Below, one piece after another: positions 48,749 through 59,045 of a DNA stretch of 64,000 bases. Numbering within the stretch: position 1 is the stretch's first letter; every line of letters starts with the position of its first letter. The notes under the pieces were generated by a model. That model was given only the letters and a program-made list of their open reading frames with translations. It did no database searches and was not told the origin of the DNA. Position numbers and translations under genes: made by a program. The stretch is from Sulfurimonas sp. (GTDB lineage Bacteria > Campylobacterota > Campylobacteria > Campylobacterales > Sulfurimonadaceae), in assembly GCF_034005705.1 (NCBI RefSeq), contig NZ_JAVEUF010000005.1:58469-122468 (forward strand), given 5' to 3'.

Positions 48749-51724
48749 ATGTCACAAAACAGACTGTTTCAATACTACAAAACCTCTAAAGATCAAGATC
48801 TTGAGATCCTGATCTGCCAAGACTCAAAAGAGGCGCACTCTCTTGAGAGCGTAGCAAAGTTTTTTCAAAAAGATGTTCTTGTTTTTCCTGATCTTAGAGC
48901 GACTTTCGGGGATGATTTAAGAGTATACAAAGAGGAGATCCACGAACTCTTCTCTGCTCTTAGAAAGTACTACTCTCTTAAAAAAAAGCCGCTTATAATA
49001 GCGCCACTAAAGACGCTGCTTTTTAACCTTCCAAAAGAGAGCCTTTTAAGCTCAACAACGCTTGAATTTGGTTCTACTTTAGAGCTAAAAAAGTTTCAGG
49101 AGCAGATGCTTTTTTGGGGCTACAGCTTTGTAGATATGGTTCAAGTGGAGGGTGAGATATCCTTTCGCGGCGACATCATAGATATATTTCCGCCATCATC
49201 TGCTATGCCTCTTAGGATATCGCTATTTGACGATGAGATAGAGCAGATAAAATATTTTGAGCTCGAATCGCAAAGAACTCAAAAAGATGAGCTTGAGAAG
49301 ATAGAGATAACACCCGCTTTTTACTCGCTTAATGAGGATGAGTTTAATACTCTAAATGAGAAGGTCTCAAAAAGCGAGTTTAACTCTCTGGTTAAAGATA
49401 TTGCTTCTTTGGGGTTTTGGCATCTTGATGAGAGTGCGGCGAATTTTTTGGAGGGCAAAAAGGCCAAGCTTGTCAGAAATCTTGATGCTTTTTTGGTAGA
49501 TGCCTATGCCCTAAATAAGCCGACACTATCAAGAGAGTGTTTCAACCTTGAGGTTTTGGACGAATCAGATGACTATAAAGAGATATCCGTAACGGATATC
49601 AACGCTCTTTTAAAAGTGCATAAAGATAAAAAGATAACGCTTATAGCTTCAAACGAGGCGGTCGTTAAGCAAGCCGGGCTCTTTGATCTAAAGGGTATCG
49701 AGACCCGCTATGCTCCATATATATTAAATATACTTACAAAAGATGAGCTTGTAATTTCGCTTAACAAGCCTGATAGAATCAGACGCAGAAGAAAAAGCTC
49801 TATTTTGCTCGATGATCTAAAAGCCGGCGATTATGTAGTTCACGAGGATTACGGCGTCGGCATCTTTGAGAGCATTGAGAAGACCGAGATACTGGGCGGT
49901 ATTAAAGATTTTATAGTCATCAAATATGTTGGCGACGACAAGATATTGCTCCCCGTCGAAAACCTTGATGTCATAGACCGCTATATCGCCTCTGGCGGTT
50001 CTGTTCCCGTTTTGGATAAACTCGGCAAAGGGAGCTTCGGCAAACTAAAAGAGAGCGTAAAGAAACGGCTTATGGAGATCGCGGGACAGATCGTAAATAC
50101 CGCCGCTGCAAGGGAGCTTATAAAGGCACCCAAAATTAGCGTAGATGAGGATGAACTAAGAGCGTTTCAAAAGCTATCTGGATTTGAGTATACAGACGAT
50201 CAGACGCAATCGATAAGTGAGATAATTGCGCAGATGAGTTCGGGTCATATTATGGACAGGCTTCTAAGCGGAGATGTCGGTTTTGGCAAGACCGAAGTTG
50301 CGATGAATACCATATTTGCAGCCTATAAATCAGGCTATCAATCGGCTCTGATCGTTCCAACGACACTGCTTTCGGCACAGCACTACCGCTCGCTCCATGA
50401 GAGATTTGACGAACTTGGGATAAAGTGCTCTAAGCTCGATAGATTTGTAAGCGCAAAAGATAAGAAAAACATCACCAAAGCTCTTGCAAGCGGAGATCTT
50501 GACGTTGTTGTCGGAACGCATGCTCTTTTTGACCTGGAGTTTAAAAACTTAGGCGTTGTAATCATAGATGAGGAGCATAAGTTCGGCGTTAAGCAAAAAG
50601 AGAAGATAAAAGAGCTCTATAACGACGTGCATCTACTCTCAATGAGCGCGACTCCTATACCGCGCTCACTTAACCAAGCGCTAAGCTCTATCAAAACAAT
50701 GTCGCAGCTGCTAACTCCGCCAAGCGAGAGAGAGCCTGTGCGTACATTCGTAAAAGAGTATGAGGAGAAGCTTATAAAAGAGGTGATTTTAAGAGAGATC
50801 AGACGCGGCGGGCAGATATTTTACGTTCATAACTCGATAGATCATATGCCTATAAAACTTGGAGAGCTAAAGGCGATACTCCCAGAGCTAAGAGTCGTTA
50901 TGCTTCACTCCAAGATATCGGCGACGGAGACGGAAAAAGAGCTTTTGAAGTTTGAAGCTGGAGAGTATGACCTTATGCTTGCAACCTCCATCATAGAGTC
51001 TGGTATTCATATGCCGCGCGTCAACACCATCATAGTAGACGGTGCTGACAGGTTCGGAATGGCAGATCTGCATCAGCTTCGCGGTCGTGTAGGACGCAGC
51101 AGCGTGGAAGGGTTTGCGTACTTTATTGTCGAGAATAAAGAGACCCTAACTGACGATGCCAAAAAAAGGCTTCTTGCATTAGAGTCAAACTCATTCTTGG
51201 GAAGCGGCTCGGTGCTTGCATATCACGACTTGGAGATAAGAGGCGGCGGAAATCTGGTAGGAGATGCCCAAAGCGGACATATCAAGAACATAGGCTACTC
51301 TTTGTATCTCAGAATGTTAGAAGATGCCATAAAACTTCTTAGCAATCAAGCGCAGAGCGAAAAGCTAAAGGTGGATATAAAGCTTACAATATCGGCTTTT
51401 ATATCCGACGAAGTGGTCAAAGAGGACAGGCTGCGTCTTGACATCTACAGACGACTCTCATCATGCGAAACACCGCTTGAGATATATGAGATACAAGAGG
51501 AGATGATAGACCGCTTCGGCGAGCTCGACACACCGACCAAACAGTTCTTTGAACTTATGGTCATCAAAATTTTGAGTTTGCATAAGAAGATCAAGAGCGT
51601 TTCAAACTATGGACAGAACATCACACTTACCTATATGGACGAGAAAAAAGAGAGCATAAAATCGGACTCCAAAGATGACGACGACATTATAAAAGCGGTG
51701 CTGAAGTATTTAAGAGGAGCTTGA
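48749..51724 (+). CDS. mfd: Transcription-repair coupling factor
   Basis: CarD/RID (VVHEDYGVG), GDVGFGKTEVA, DEEH, SATPIPR, QLRGRVGR, TRG motif. Confidence 0.97.
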   Translation: MSQNRLFQYYKTSKDQDLEILICQDSKEAHSLESVAKFFQKDVLVFPDLRATFGDDLRVYKEEIHELFSALRKYYSLKKKPLIIAPLKTLLFNLPKESLLSSTTLEFGSTLELKKFQEQMLFWGYSFVDMVQVEGEISFRGDIIDIFPPSSAMPLRISLFDDEIEQIKYFELESQRTQKDELEKIEITPAFYSLNEDEFNTLNEKVSKSEFNSLVKDIASLGFWHLDESAANFLEGKKAKLVRNLDAFLVDAYALNKPTLSRECFNLEVLDESDDYKEISVTDINALLKVHKDKKITLIASNEAVVKQAGLFDLKGIETRYAPYILNILTKDELVISLNKPDRIRRRRKSSILLDDLKAGDYVVHEDYGVGIFESIEKTEILGGIKDFIVIKYVGDDKILLPVENLDVIDRYIASGGSVPVLDKLGKGSFGKLKESVKKRLMEIAGQIVNTAAARELIKAPKISVDEDELRAFQKLSGFEYTDDQTQSISEIIAQMSSGHIMDRLLSGDVGFGKTEVAMNTIFAAYKSGYQSALIVPTTLLSAQHYRSLHERFDELGIKCSKLDRFVSAKDKKNITKALASGDLDVVVGTHALFDLEFKNLGVVIIDEEHKFGVKQKEKIKELYNDVHLLSMSATPIPRSLNQALSSIKTMSQLLTPPSEREPVRTFVKEYEEKLIKEVILREIRRGGQIFYVHNSIDHMPIKLGELKAILPELRVVMLHSKISATETEKELLKFEAGEYDLMLATSIIESGIHMPRVNTIIVDGADRFGMADLHQLRGRVGRSSVEGFAYFIVENKETLTDDAKKRLLALESNSFLGSGSVLAYHDLEIRGGGNLVGDAQSGHIKNIGYSLYLRMLEDAIKLLSNQAQSEKLKVDIKLTISAFISDEVVKEDRLRLDIYRRLSSCETPLEIYEIQEEMIDRFGELDTPTKQFFELMVIKILSLHKKIKSVSNYGQNITLTYMDEKKESIKSDSKDDDDIIKAVLKYLRGA

Positions 51725-52536
51725 CGTTGAGAGTAGCATTTATAGGCGATATTGTAGGAAGTCCGGGCAGAGAGATGTTAAAGAGCCACTTGGCAAAGAT
51801 AAGAGCGGAGTACGGCATTGACTTTGTCATAGCAAACTATGAGAATGCCTCCCACGGTTTCGGGCTGACCCTTAAAAATGCCAATGAGATCGTAGGTTAC
51901 GGCGTGGACTGCATGAGCGGCGGAAATCACACGTGGGATAAAAAAGAGGTCGAAGCGCTCTTTGATACACATGAGATACTAAGGCCGCATAACTACCCGG
52001 ATGAGGTAAACGGAACAGGGTGCAAGGTTTATGAAATTGGCACAGAGAAACTGGCTGTTCTTAACCTTATGGGGCACTATGCCATGCCATATACCGACAA
52101 CGCTTTTAGATGTGCAAAAGAGAGCGTGGAGGCGCTGCATGAGCAGGGAGTGAAAAATATTTTTATAGATTTTCATGCCGAAGCTACTAGTGAGAAAAGA
52201 GCTATGATGATGCTTCTTCAAGGAAAAGTTAGTGCGATAATCGGAACACATACGCATGTCTCTACAGATGATTTTCAAATCTCTTGCGGCACCGCATATA
52301 TGACAGACATGGGGCTTACCGGATGCAGGGATAATGTCATAGGGATGGATGAAAAGGTGCCTTTAAAGCAGTTTCTTACAGGCATGAGAGGGCATTTTGA
52401 TATTCCTAAAAAGTGCAAAAAGATAATGCAGATAGCTATAATGGACTTCAGTGAGGGAAGATGTGAGAGCGCATTTAAGCTTAAGATATTTGACGATGGA
52501 GATATCTTAAGAAGCGATGCATGGATCGAGAAGTAG
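51721..52536 (+). CDS. YmdB-like (TIGR00282) metallophosphoesterase
   Basis: GDIVG.PGR, N.EN...G.G, GNH, DFHAEATSEK, GTHTHV. Confidence 0.93.
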   Translation: MTLRVAFIGDIVGSPGREMLKSHLAKIRAEYGIDFVIANYENASHGFGLTLKNANEIVGYGVDCMSGGNHTWDKKEVEALFDTHEILRPHNYPDEVNGTGCKVYEIGTEKLAVLNLMGHYAMPYTDNAFRCAKESVEALHEQGVKNIFIDFHAEATSEKRAMMMLLQGKVSAIIGTHTHVSTDDFQISCGTAYMTDMGLTGCRDNVIGMDEKVPLKQFLTGMRGHFDIPKKCKKIMQIAIMDFSEGRCESAFKLKIFDDGDILRSDAWIEK

Positions 52537-52601
52537 CTGTAATCAAAAAGAGACCCTTTTTTGCTACAATAGTATAAAATCAAACTAGGAATTCTTAAAA
52601 T

Positions 52602-53276
52602 ATGAGTGCAAAAATCGTCGTAGTAGAAGATGAAGAGGATATTCTGGAACTCATTGAGTACAATCTGCAAAAAGAGGGTTATGAGGTCATCGGCTTTTTA
52701 AACACCAAAAGCGTCGAGCAGATGCTTGTCGAAGAGGATATCGATCTTCTTATTATGGATAGAAATCTCCCCGGCGTAGAGGGGAGCGAGTTTGTTCAAG
52801 CCCTGAGAAAAGATGGATTTGCCACACCCGTCATATATCTGAGTGCCAAAAATGCGGACTCTGAGATAGAAGAGGGCTTTATAAGAGGCGGAGACGATTA
52901 CATAACAAAACCTTTCAATATGAAAGAGCTCCTTCTTCGCATAAAGGCCGTTTTGAGAAGAACATCAAAAAAGGTCGAAGAGGGGATGCTCTCGCATAGA
53001 GACCTGCTGCTCGATAAAAGTTCAAGGACTCTTACCGTAGCCGGCAAAAAAGCGGATGTCACAAAGCTTGAGTTCAATCTTTTAAGCGAGTTTATTATTA
53101 ATAAAAACAGCGTGCTTGACCGTGACTACCTTTTGGAGAACGTCTGGGGTGACGGCGAAGAGTACCAGTACAGAACCGTCAACGTGGCTATTAACAGGCT
53201 CAAAGAGAAGATAGACCCCGATAAAACTAAAAACTACATAGAGACTGTCCGCGGAGTAGGGTACAAGCTGTGCTGA
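52602..53276 (+). CDS. OmpR/PhoB-family response regulator
   Basis: VVEDE, D phosphoacceptor, DDYITKPF, wHTH ending TVRGVGY. Confidence 0.93.
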   Translation: MSAKIVVVEDEEDILELIEYNLQKEGYEVIGFLNTKSVEQMLVEEDIDLLIMDRNLPGVEGSEFVQALRKDGFATPVIYLSAKNADSEIEEGFIRGGDDYITKPFNMKELLLRIKAVLRRTSKKVEEGMLSHRDLLLDKSSRTLTVAGKKADVTKLEFNLLSEFIINKNSVLDRDYLLENVWGDGEEYQYRTVNVAINRLKEKIDPDKTKNYIETVRGVGYKLC

Positions 53277-54664
53277 AAATACATCAGATATTTATTTTAA
53301 AGTTCCTGCTCCTTTTTGCAACATCCCTGCTTATATCATCTATCATCAGTTACATTGCGCTAAAAGATATAATAATCGAGCACAATAAAAATCATCTAAA
53401 ACATGCCATAGAGTTTATGGAGATGGATCTAAAAAGTGCAGATGATCTTGAGAACTTTGCATCAGAGATAAACAAGAGAACATCTCTTAGGGTGACGATA
53501 GTCGCCGCTGACGGTGTGGTCTTGGCTGAGTCCGATGCAGATAAAAAAGAGATGGACAACCACGCTTCAAGATTTGAGATCATGCAGTCAAACTCTCAGG
53601 ACTACGGAGATATAACGAGGTATTCAGATACCGTAAAAACCGATTTTTTATATATCGCCAAACGGGTTGTCTACAAAAATGAGCATATATATCTGAGACT
53701 CTCAATGAGCTTAGAGCAGATAATGTATGACTTTTACTCTCTGTGGACAAAGCTCTTTTTTGTTTTTATGGGGATACTTATCCTTGCCACTTTTATCTCC
53801 AAGACGATGAGCCAGAAAGTGGTCTACGATATTGAACAGATAACAAACTATCTAGATGAGGTCTCAAACAAAAACTATAAAGCCATCATAAAGACAAAAT
53901 ATTTCTATGAGTTTTTACAGATTTCGTTGCTTCTGAAAAACCTGGTAAAAAAACTGAGCAAGAACGAGAGAAAAAAATCAAAACATATGGCAAAGCTGAG
54001 ATTGATGAACAAGCAGAGAAACGACATTCTATCTGCGCTCTCCCACGAGTTTAAAAATCCTGTTGCCGCAATTATCGGCTATGCCGAGACGATCGAAGAG
54101 GACAACAATATGCCGCAGAGCATTAGAGAGAAGTTTCTGGGCAAAATCAGCTCAAATGCCCAGAAGATATCAAAGATGCTCGACAGACTCGCTCTCTCCG
54201 TAAAGCTTGAAAACGGTGATCTTGTGCTTAATAAAAGTGAGTTCGACATAAGTCAGTTATGCTCAGAAGTCGCGTTAAACCTAAAGTCAAAATATAGAGA
54301 TAGAGATATAAGAGTCGATGTCGGGGAGCTTGGCGTAATAAGCGATAAGACCATGCTGGAACTGGTCTTGGACAACCTGGTCGATAACGCTCTGAAATAC
54401 TCAAACGGCGATGTATTTATAACTCTAAGGGAGAATAAAATATCTATTCAAGACAGCGGTGTCGGTATAAAAGAGGAGCATCTCCAAAAGATCACCAACA
54501 AATTTTACAGGGTAGATAAAAACAGCTGGGACAACTCTATGGGACTGGGCTTGGCTATGGTTACCTATGTCTTAAAACTGCTTGGTTCATCTCTGGAGAT
54601 AAGCTCGGAGTTTGGCAAAGGCTCTACTTTTAGCTTTAGTATTGAGAGTATGATAAAGAGCTAA
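53270..54664 (+). CDS. Sensor histidine kinase (PhoR-like)
   Basis: Two TM helices, DNHASRFEI sensor motif, SHEFKNP H-box, N/G1/F/G2 boxes. Confidence 0.9.
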   Translation: MLKIHQIFILKFLLLFATSLLISSIISYIALKDIIIEHNKNHLKHAIEFMEMDLKSADDLENFASEINKRTSLRVTIVAADGVVLAESDADKKEMDNHASRFEIMQSNSQDYGDITRYSDTVKTDFLYIAKRVVYKNEHIYLRLSMSLEQIMYDFYSLWTKLFFVFMGILILATFISKTMSQKVVYDIEQITNYLDEVSNKNYKAIIKTKYFYEFLQISLLLKNLVKKLSKNERKKSKHMAKLRLMNKQRNDILSALSHEFKNPVAAIIGYAETIEEDNNMPQSIREKFLGKISSNAQKISKMLDRLALSVKLENGDLVLNKSEFDISQLCSEVALNLKSKYRDRDIRVDVGELGVISDKTMLELVLDNLVDNALKYSNGDVFITLRENKISIQDSGVGIKEEHLQKITNKFYRVDKNSWDNSMGLGLAMVTYVLKLLGSSLEISSEFGKGSTFSFSIESMIKS

Positions 54665-56343
54665 ATCTTTGACTGAATGGTCATCTTTTTAGCTTCAAAA
54701 AGCTCGATCGCCTTTTGGACCATAGGCTCATCTTTTATCTCTGCCGCATCGATCTCTCTGGTGGTATCGCTGCTTTGACAGTTTGTTACACAGCTTGCAC
54801 TCCCGCCCATCTCGGCATCTTCTATCATCGAGGTTGATTGCTCATATTGCTGTGGTTCTGCTTCTTTTGGAGCACTCTCTTTTTGCTCCTCTTGTTCGTC
54901 ATCGTCTGTTTTTGTGCAGGGCTCATGTTTTATTTTCGTCTCAAAGCCGAAGATCTCTCTGACAAACTGTTTTACGACCGAGTAGCCGTGTGTGAGAACT
55001 CTTTTGCAATCACCGTTCGCACAGCTCTCCCATGTAAGCGTGTTGTTCTCAAAAGAGATAAAATAGATACTTTTCTCAAAGCATTCGCCAAGCTCGGGAC
55101 TTCTGTCTTTTAACTTCGCTATGAGCTCTTCAAACATCTTTGCATAAGGGTTTATGGATGCTGATGGCTCCTCTGTTTTTTGTTCGCCTGCAGGTTCGCT
55201 CTCTTTTGTCTCTTCAACTTGAGTCTGCTCGCTTTTTTGCACTGCAGGTGCGGCGCATGAGATGGATGGCCTTTGAATCTCTTTTTGGAGAGACTCTATC
55301 ATCTGGTCTACCTCTTTTATGCGAAGCGCCTCTATCATCTTGAAAAATATAAGCGATAGCACAAAAGAGCCGTCTGCATTTATGCTAAAGAGGTATTTGG
55401 AGTCACTTAGTATTCTGAAAAATCTATCTAGTACGAGAGTAGAGTAGAGAGCATCGCCTGCATACATTCTCTCTTTGAGGTAGGCTATAAGCTCATCTAC
55501 GACCATCTCCGCTTCATACTCTTCCAAGATCTTCGTAAACTCTACAAGTGCGGCATGATCTTTTGCAAATACGGCTCTAAAGAGCTTGCTAATGAAGTCT
55601 GGGTCAACAAGACCGAGCATATCTGTAACCGTGCGTACATCCACATGGTTTTTTGAGTAGATTATAGCCTGGTCAAGCAGTGTGAGCGTATCTCTTAGGC
55701 TTCCGCTTCCGCTTCTTGCCAAGATCTCCAAAGCGTCGCTCTCATATTTGATGCCCTCAAGATTTAGTATGTGAGAGAGATGGTCAACCACCTTGTTCGT
55801 AGCGATCGATTTAAATCTGAAGTGCTGTGTACGGCTCAGTATAGTTGCAGGAAGTTTTAGAGGATCGGTGGTCGCTAGTATGAACTTCACATATGCAGGC
55901 GGCTCTTCAAGCGTTTTTAGCAGTGCATTGAACGCCTCTTTTGTAAGCATATGTACTTCATCGATAATAAATATCTTAAATCTAGCACTTGATGGTTTAT
56001 ATTTTGTCTGTTCTATAAGATCTCTGATGTCATCTATTTTTCTCGATGATGCCCCATCCATCTCGACTATGTCTATGTGGCGGTTCTCAAGAGAGTCTAC
56101 GCAGTTTTGGCAGCTTCCGCACGGCTGATGGGTTATACCCGTCTCGCAGATAAGAGCTTTTGCAAATATGCGGGCGGTTGAAGTTTTGCCGCTTCCTCTA
56201 AGACCTGAAAAGAGGTATGCGTGAGAGAGCCTGTTCGCATCGAGTGCAAGCGAGAGGGTTTGAGAGATGGTATCTTGACCTATAAGCTCGTCAAAGTTTT
56301 TTGGTCTATATTTTCTTGCTAATACTTCTGAACTTGCTCTCAC
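54661..56343 (-). CDS. dnaX: DNA polymerase III subunit gamma/tau
   Basis: LARKYRP, GLRGSGKT, zinc-binding Cys, IIDEVHML, LLKTLEEPP. Confidence 0.97.
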   Translation of the reverse strand: MRASSEVLARKYRPKNFDELIGQDTISQTLSLALDANRLSHAYLFSGLRGSGKTSTARIFAKALICETGITHQPCGSCQNCVDSLENRHIDIVEMDGASSRKIDDIRDLIEQTKYKPSSARFKIFIIDEVHMLTKEAFNALLKTLEEPPAYVKFILATTDPLKLPATILSRTQHFRFKSIATNKVVDHLSHILNLEGIKYESDALEILARSGSGSLRDTLTLLDQAIIYSKNHVDVRTVTDMLGLVDPDFISKLFRAVFAKDHAALVEFTKILEEYEAEMVVDELIAYLKERMYAGDALYSTLVLDRFFRILSDSKYLFSINADGSFVLSLIFFKMIEALRIKEVDQMIESLQKEIQRPSISCAAPAVQKSEQTQVEETKESEPAGEQKTEEPSASINPYAKMFEELIAKLKDRSPELGECFEKSIYFISFENNTLTWESCANGDCKRVLTHGYSVVKQFVREIFGFETKIKHEPCTKTDDDEQEEQKESAPKEAEPQQYEQSTSMIEDAEMGGSASCVTNCQSSDTTREIDAAEIKDEPMVQKAIELFEAKKMTIQSKI

Positions 56344-56396
56344 ATATACTCTCCGTCTTTAGTTGAAGAGATTCTAACATTTATAGGGTTAAAAAA

Positions 56397-58157
56397 TCAT
56401 AACAGACAACTGATGGAGATGTGGCTGCTGTCCTGTTTTGCAACTTTTTTTTGAATAGATAAAATAGTATTGATACTATCGGCGCTTCTTTTATTTGCGC
56501 CGTTGCGTACTATTAGCAGCGAAGCGCTTACGCAGAGAAGAGGAAACTTTTTTTTATTTCCCTCCCTGTCTGTAGAGATAATATACTCTTTTTCTTTATC
56601 CTCTTTTGAGTAGAGTTCTCTTGCGTCGTATTCAAATTTTTGCACTACCTTAGATAGAATTTTTGTGTACTTTTCCTCATTTTGATCATTTGCCTCAACC
56701 GCTACAAAAAAATCATCTCCTCCGATATGCCCTTTGAAAAACTCTGATGGCAGATTTTTTCTTAAAATATCCGCAAAAAGTATGATCGCTCTGTCTCCGT
56801 TTCTAAAGCCGTAAACATCATTAAAGGCTTTAAAATTGTCTAGATCAAAGTAGCATAAAATATAAGTTTTTTCACTCTCTATGATCTCTGCCATCAGTTT
56901 TTCTATCATAGAGTTTCCGGGAAGTTTTGTCAGAGGGTTCTGCTCTCTTGCATGTATTATGTTCTGTTCGTTCATTATGGAGATTATTGCTCTTGCAGAT
57001 AAAAAACCGTAATATTTTGAGTTGTTTGTAAGAATGATACCGATAGATTCTGAGTTGTTTGAAAAGAGCTCTATAATTGTAGAGATATTGCAGTTTATCT
57101 CTGTTATCCCGCACGCCTCTATAAGGTTTATCAGCTTTGATTTTTTAGCACCGTTGTTTGTAAGCAGTGATCTTCCGTAAGGTGAGTAGATAAACTCCTT
57201 TATCTTGTTCTCTTGCAAAATGCCTACCGGTTCGTTATGTGAGTTTACTATGATAATGCTCTCGGCTTGAGGGTTTTTTTGAAAATACTCTACAATGGTT
57301 CTCATCTCGGTATTTATAGTAAAAGGAGGCTTTTTGTCTATAAATGCTTCTATTTTGCAACTGCTCTCTGTAGCTCTTTTTTCACTGCTTAAAATATCTA
57401 AAACATGAGGATATTCACTTAATATCTCAGATACCTCAAGAGTAGGTCTTTGAATAAAGTATCCTTGAACAAAGTGGCATCCTATATCTCTGCAGGTAAG
57501 AAGTTCCTCTTTGCTCTCGATCCCCTCGGCGATCACTTTTATGCCAAGCTGAACTGCCAGATGAGTGATGCTTCTTGCCATAAGCTTTTTTTTCACATCT
57601 TTTTGTATGTCGCTTAGGAAAAATCTGTCTATTTTTATGATGTCGGGTCTGCTCTCATAAAGAAGCTTGTATCCTGAGTAGCCGACTCCAAAGTCATCTA
57701 TGGCTATGCAGAAATCTTCGCTTTTGTAGTGCTCCAAGACTTCCTGCATCCTTGAGTTATTTGATATTTCGTGTCTCTCCGAGATCTCAAAGCAGATGCT
57801 GTTCTTGCCGATGCCGTATTTTTTTAAAAGTTTGCCCGTATTTCCATGTTTAAAGTTAGGCATCTCAAGCAGTCTGTTGTCGAGGTTGTAAAAGAGTTTT
57901 ATATTTTCATAATCCTCTACATCTGTGAGTTTTTTAAGAGCTTTTTTTCTGAGTTTTAGGTCAAACGAGTAGAGCAGGTTGTCATCATATACTTCATCAA
58001 AGAGTTCAAAAATTGACTCAAAGCCGACCTCTTGGTAGTTTCTAAGAAGCGCTTCAACGGCAAATATCTTTCCGGTATGAATATTAACAATTGGCTGAAA
58101 TGCAACATCTAAAGTTTTTAAGTTGCGGATCCATTTTTTAGGAAGTTCTAGTTTCAT
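56397..58157 (-). CDS. EAL-CBS-GGDEF c-di-GMP protein
   Basis: VEALLR, DDFGVGYS, central CBS-like region, NPLTKLPGN, HIGGDDF. Confidence 0.9.
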   Translation of the reverse strand: MKLELPKKWIRNLKTLDVAFQPIVNIHTGKIFAVEALLRNYQEVGFESIFELFDEVYDDNLLYSFDLKLRKKALKKLTDVEDYENIKLFYNLDNRLLEMPNFKHGNTGKLLKKYGIGKNSICFEISERHEISNNSRMQEVLEHYKSEDFCIAIDDFGVGYSGYKLLYESRPDIIKIDRFFLSDIQKDVKKKLMARSITHLAVQLGIKVIAEGIESKEELLTCRDIGCHFVQGYFIQRPTLEVSEILSEYPHVLDILSSEKRATESSCKIEAFIDKKPPFTINTEMRTIVEYFQKNPQAESIIIVNSHNEPVGILQENKIKEFIYSPYGRSLLTNNGAKKSKLINLIEACGITEINCNISTIIELFSNNSESIGIILTNNSKYYGFLSARAIISIMNEQNIIHAREQNPLTKLPGNSMIEKLMAEIIESEKTYILCYFDLDNFKAFNDVYGFRNGDRAIILFADILRKNLPSEFFKGHIGGDDFFVAVEANDQNEEKYTKILSKVVQKFEYDARELYSKEDKEKEYIISTDREGNKKKFPLLCVSASLLIVRNGANKRSADSINTILSIQKKVAKQDSSHISISCLL

Positions 58158-58213
58158 AGCGCAATATTAGCGCCTGATTATTTCATAAATGTTACAAAAA
58201 ACGGGGAATAATA

Positions 58214-58957
58214 CTATATGCCGAGCCACTTTTTAGCTATGTTTCTCAGCGACTCTGGACTCTCAGAAGCAAAAAACTCCAGTTTCGGCTCATCATATTT
58301 TTTGCTAAAATCAAACTCTCTCTCAAGATACTCTACTATAGCGTCTCCCGAATGGATAAGTATGCTTTTTTTGCTGAAGTGATCTTGCAGGGATTTTGAG
58401 ATTAGAGGGAAATGTGTGCAGCCAAGTATTATTGCATCAGGCGATGAGATGGCGCTGAAGTAGTGTCTAAAAGCAGCCTCTAAAACTTCACCCTCATAGA
58501 TCTCCTCTTCAACCATAGGAACAAAAAGTCCCGTCGCTTTTGCCTGAAGATTACAAAAACCTTCTGCTCTTAATCCGATCTCATAAGCCTTAGAGTTTAT
58601 TGTAGCTTTTGTTCCAAGGATTAGTATATTTGAATCTTTGCTCTTAAGCGCATTGGCAGTTGCCAGTATGCCTGCTTCTACAACGCCTATAACGGGACAT
58701 GAAGATACCTCTCTCATCTCATCAAGTGCGTGTGCGCTCACGGTGTTGCATGCGACGATTATCATATCGAGTTCAAAGTTTTTGAAAAACTCTACGGCCT
58801 CTATTGCATAACGGATAATGGTGGTCTTGTCTTTTATGCCGTATGGAACTCTGGCAGTGTCTCCAAAGTAGATGATCTCTTCAAAGAGACGATGTTCAAG
58901 CAGGGATTTTACAACAGTTAAACCGCCGATACCGCTGTCAAATACTCCGACCTTCAC
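58214..58957 (-). CDS. murI: Glutamate racemase
   Basis: FDSGIGG, ACNT, LGCTHFP. Confidence 0.97.
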   Translation of the reverse strand: MKVGVFDSGIGGLTVVKSLLEHRLFEEIIYFGDTARVPYGIKDKTTIIRYAIEAVEFFKNFELDMIIVACNTVSAHALDEMREVSSCPVIGVVEAGILATANALKSKDSNILILGTKATINSKAYEIGLRAEGFCNLQAKATGLFVPMVEEEIYEGEVLEAAFRHYFSAISSPDAIILGCTHFPLISKSLQDHFSKKSILIHSGDAIVEYLEREFDFSKKYDEPKLEFFASESPESLRNIAKKWLGI

Positions 58958-58968
58958 TCTTTTTCTCC

Positions 58969-59043
58969 TTTGTCAAGGAAGTGAATCCCTTGACAAATTC
59001 CTCTCACTGAAGCTACGCCTAAAGGCGAGAAATCTGACTTCGT
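58969..59043. repeat. REP-like intergenic palindrome cluster
   Basis: TTTGTCAAGG-aagtgaatc-CCTTGACAAA (58969-58997), then CACTGAAGCT and CGCCT-aa-AGGCG. Confidence 0.55.
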
Positions 59044-59045
59044 CA

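Noticed and set aside
55228-55245. AAAAAAG in dnaX near the end of domain III as an E. coli-type -1 frameshift site
   Set aside because: Codons read CAA AAA AGC, so the heptamer is not in the required A AAA AAG frame; no clear stimulatory hairpin seen
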